This document shows, one piece after another, positions 6,388 to 7,957 of a stretch of 7,957 bases of DNA. The stretch lies in contig NW_021828674.1 in assembly GCF_006345805.1 (NCBI RefSeq), positions 1-7,957 of the forward strand, read 5' to 3'. This stretch comes from Octopus sinensis. Its lineage: Eukaryota. Made by a program: the position numbers and the translations under genes. The first letter of the stretch is position 1. Each line of letters begins with the position of its first letter. The notes beneath the pieces are model-generated. The model saw nothing but the letters and a program-made list of their open reading frames with translations. It did not search any database and had not been told where the DNA came from.

Positions 6388-6940
6388 TTGATTATTGTAA
6401 TATTACATTATCAAAATAAGAGAGGTAAAAAAAAAATAACAACAAAACCCCAAAACAACATACAAAAATACACAGAGAGGTAAAATAGGAAAATGAAAAA
6501 AATATACGATTCAATTTTCTTGCTGTAGAAGATTGAATCATATAATTTTTTTTCTCATTCTCAAAACTGGAAGAACTTTTCTAAATATAATTAAAGAAAA
6601 CAAACCATTTCCTTACGGATCACTGATATAAAATAATGTAACGTCATCTATAAACATGCTGAAAAATTTCCTACTTAATTAGATTGTACAAATAAAAGAA
6701 TTCTCACAAGTATAAATACGCGCTATCCTCTACCTTGATGTAACTGAGGTAGAGGACTTTAAGTACTTAGGTAAACGCCTAATGAAAACAATAGCTAACG
6801 TGTTAAAGTTCCCCTTGCATACAGCAGAGATGTAAAGAACAATGTTGGTTTCTCAGAAAAGATATTTTAAAATAACCATACCCAGCATTTTTACTCCTTC
6901 AACATATCTAGAGTTCGAAAGGTAGAAATATTGAAGGTAT

Positions 6941-7160
6941 ATTTATTTACTAACCACAAGGGACTACACACAGAGGGGACCAACAAAGACAGACAAACGG
7001 ATTAAGTCGATTACATCGACCCCAGTGCGTAACTGGTACTTAATTTATCGACCCCGAAAGGATGAAAGGCAAAGTCGACCTCGGCGGAATTTGAACTCAG
7101 AACGTAACGGCAGACGAAATATGGCTACGCATTTCGCCCGGCATGCTAACGTTTCTGCCA
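6941..7160 (-). mobile_element. Family 1 SINE monomer with probable target-site duplication
   Basis: A-box TGGCAGAAACG (7160-7150), B-box (7098-7086), body near-identical to 2377-2596. Flanked by direct repeats AGGTAGAAATAT (6920-6931) and AGGTAGAAAATAT (7160-7172). Confidence 0.9.
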
Positions 7161-7205
7161 GGTAGAAAATATCCATTTTGAACCTCCTGTAAACGGTTAA
7201 TCAAG

Positions 7206-7229
7206 TTTTTTTTTTTTTTTTTTTTTTTT
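7206..7229. repeat. Poly(T)24 tract
   Basis: Directly visible. Confidence 0.97.
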
Positions 7230-7475
7230 AGGTCTGAGAAATTCTCAATGGATACATTTAATATGCTGGACGAAAAAACAATAAAACAAAATCTGAACTG
7301 ATCTCGACTGGCTGTCAACAGGTTAGATTTTTAAAAAATTGTATTTTACCCACGTGGTTAAAAGTGAAGTTTTGAAAAGTTATATATAACTCAAGTGGCC
7401 TGAACTCTTACATGAACACCACCCTGTCTTAACTCCATGTCCCCCTACATGGCCTTGCTATTGCTTTGAGCCAAA

Positions 7476-7496
7476 TTAACTAACTAACTAACTAAC

Positions 7497-7533
<37 letters not shown>

Positions 7534-7725
7534 ATTATATATGTATGTATGTATGTATTTATGTATATGTGTGTATATATATAAAATACATATATGATTA
7601 TACATACGTGTGGTGTGTGTGTGTGTGGGTGTGTGTGAGTGGGTGTGTGTATGTATAAGTATGTATTTATGTATATATGTATCTATCTAGTGCAAATAAA
7701 ATTCCCGAGATGTATATATATAATA
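7476..7725. repeat. Compound (TAAC)n/(TA)n/(TATG)n/(TG)n microsatellite
   Basis: Directly visible. Confidence 0.95.
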
Positions 7726-7957
7726 AATGCAAAAACTAATTTCTGTGTGTCAGTGTGTCACACTTCGACCCCCTGTCTTACTATTCTTTGGCACTCCTAC
7801 TATTGCTCATGTTGGGGTGAGAATAGAGACGGTAGTAGATTGACGGTTGTGATGGTAATGGGGTGATAGAAAGAGTATGAGCTGTAGTTGTGATAGAGGC
7901 GGAGGCGACGGTTGATGATGGTATTGGTGGTTGGTAGTGAAGCAGTTAGAGACAATG

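Overview
No intact protein-coding gene is supportable. This is AT-rich, microsatellite-laden eukaryotic non-coding DNA whose SINE families look like those of octopus (taxon assignment is from recall of the repeats, not verified). Almost all listed ORFs are artefacts of (CA)n/(TA)n/(GATA)n tracts. Contents: (1) a decayed Helitron-type PIF1 helicase fragment on the minus strand (46-120 and 523-720), interrupted by a ~370-bp TIR-bounded, internally deleted Tc1/mariner derivative; (2) a perfect 22-bp-arm palindrome at 893-937; (3) several tRNA-derived SINEs of three families, one forming head-to-tail 183-bp multimers with the same junction at two separate loci, and a cluster whose units are each bounded by the same AATATTTTAGATAT motif; (4) a 141-bp inverted repeat (4305-4445) containing a Penelope-style minimal type I hammerhead ribozyme fold with a decayed stem II; (5) large compound microsatellites. 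The best leads are the hammerhead-in-hairpin element and the recurrent SINE multimer junction.
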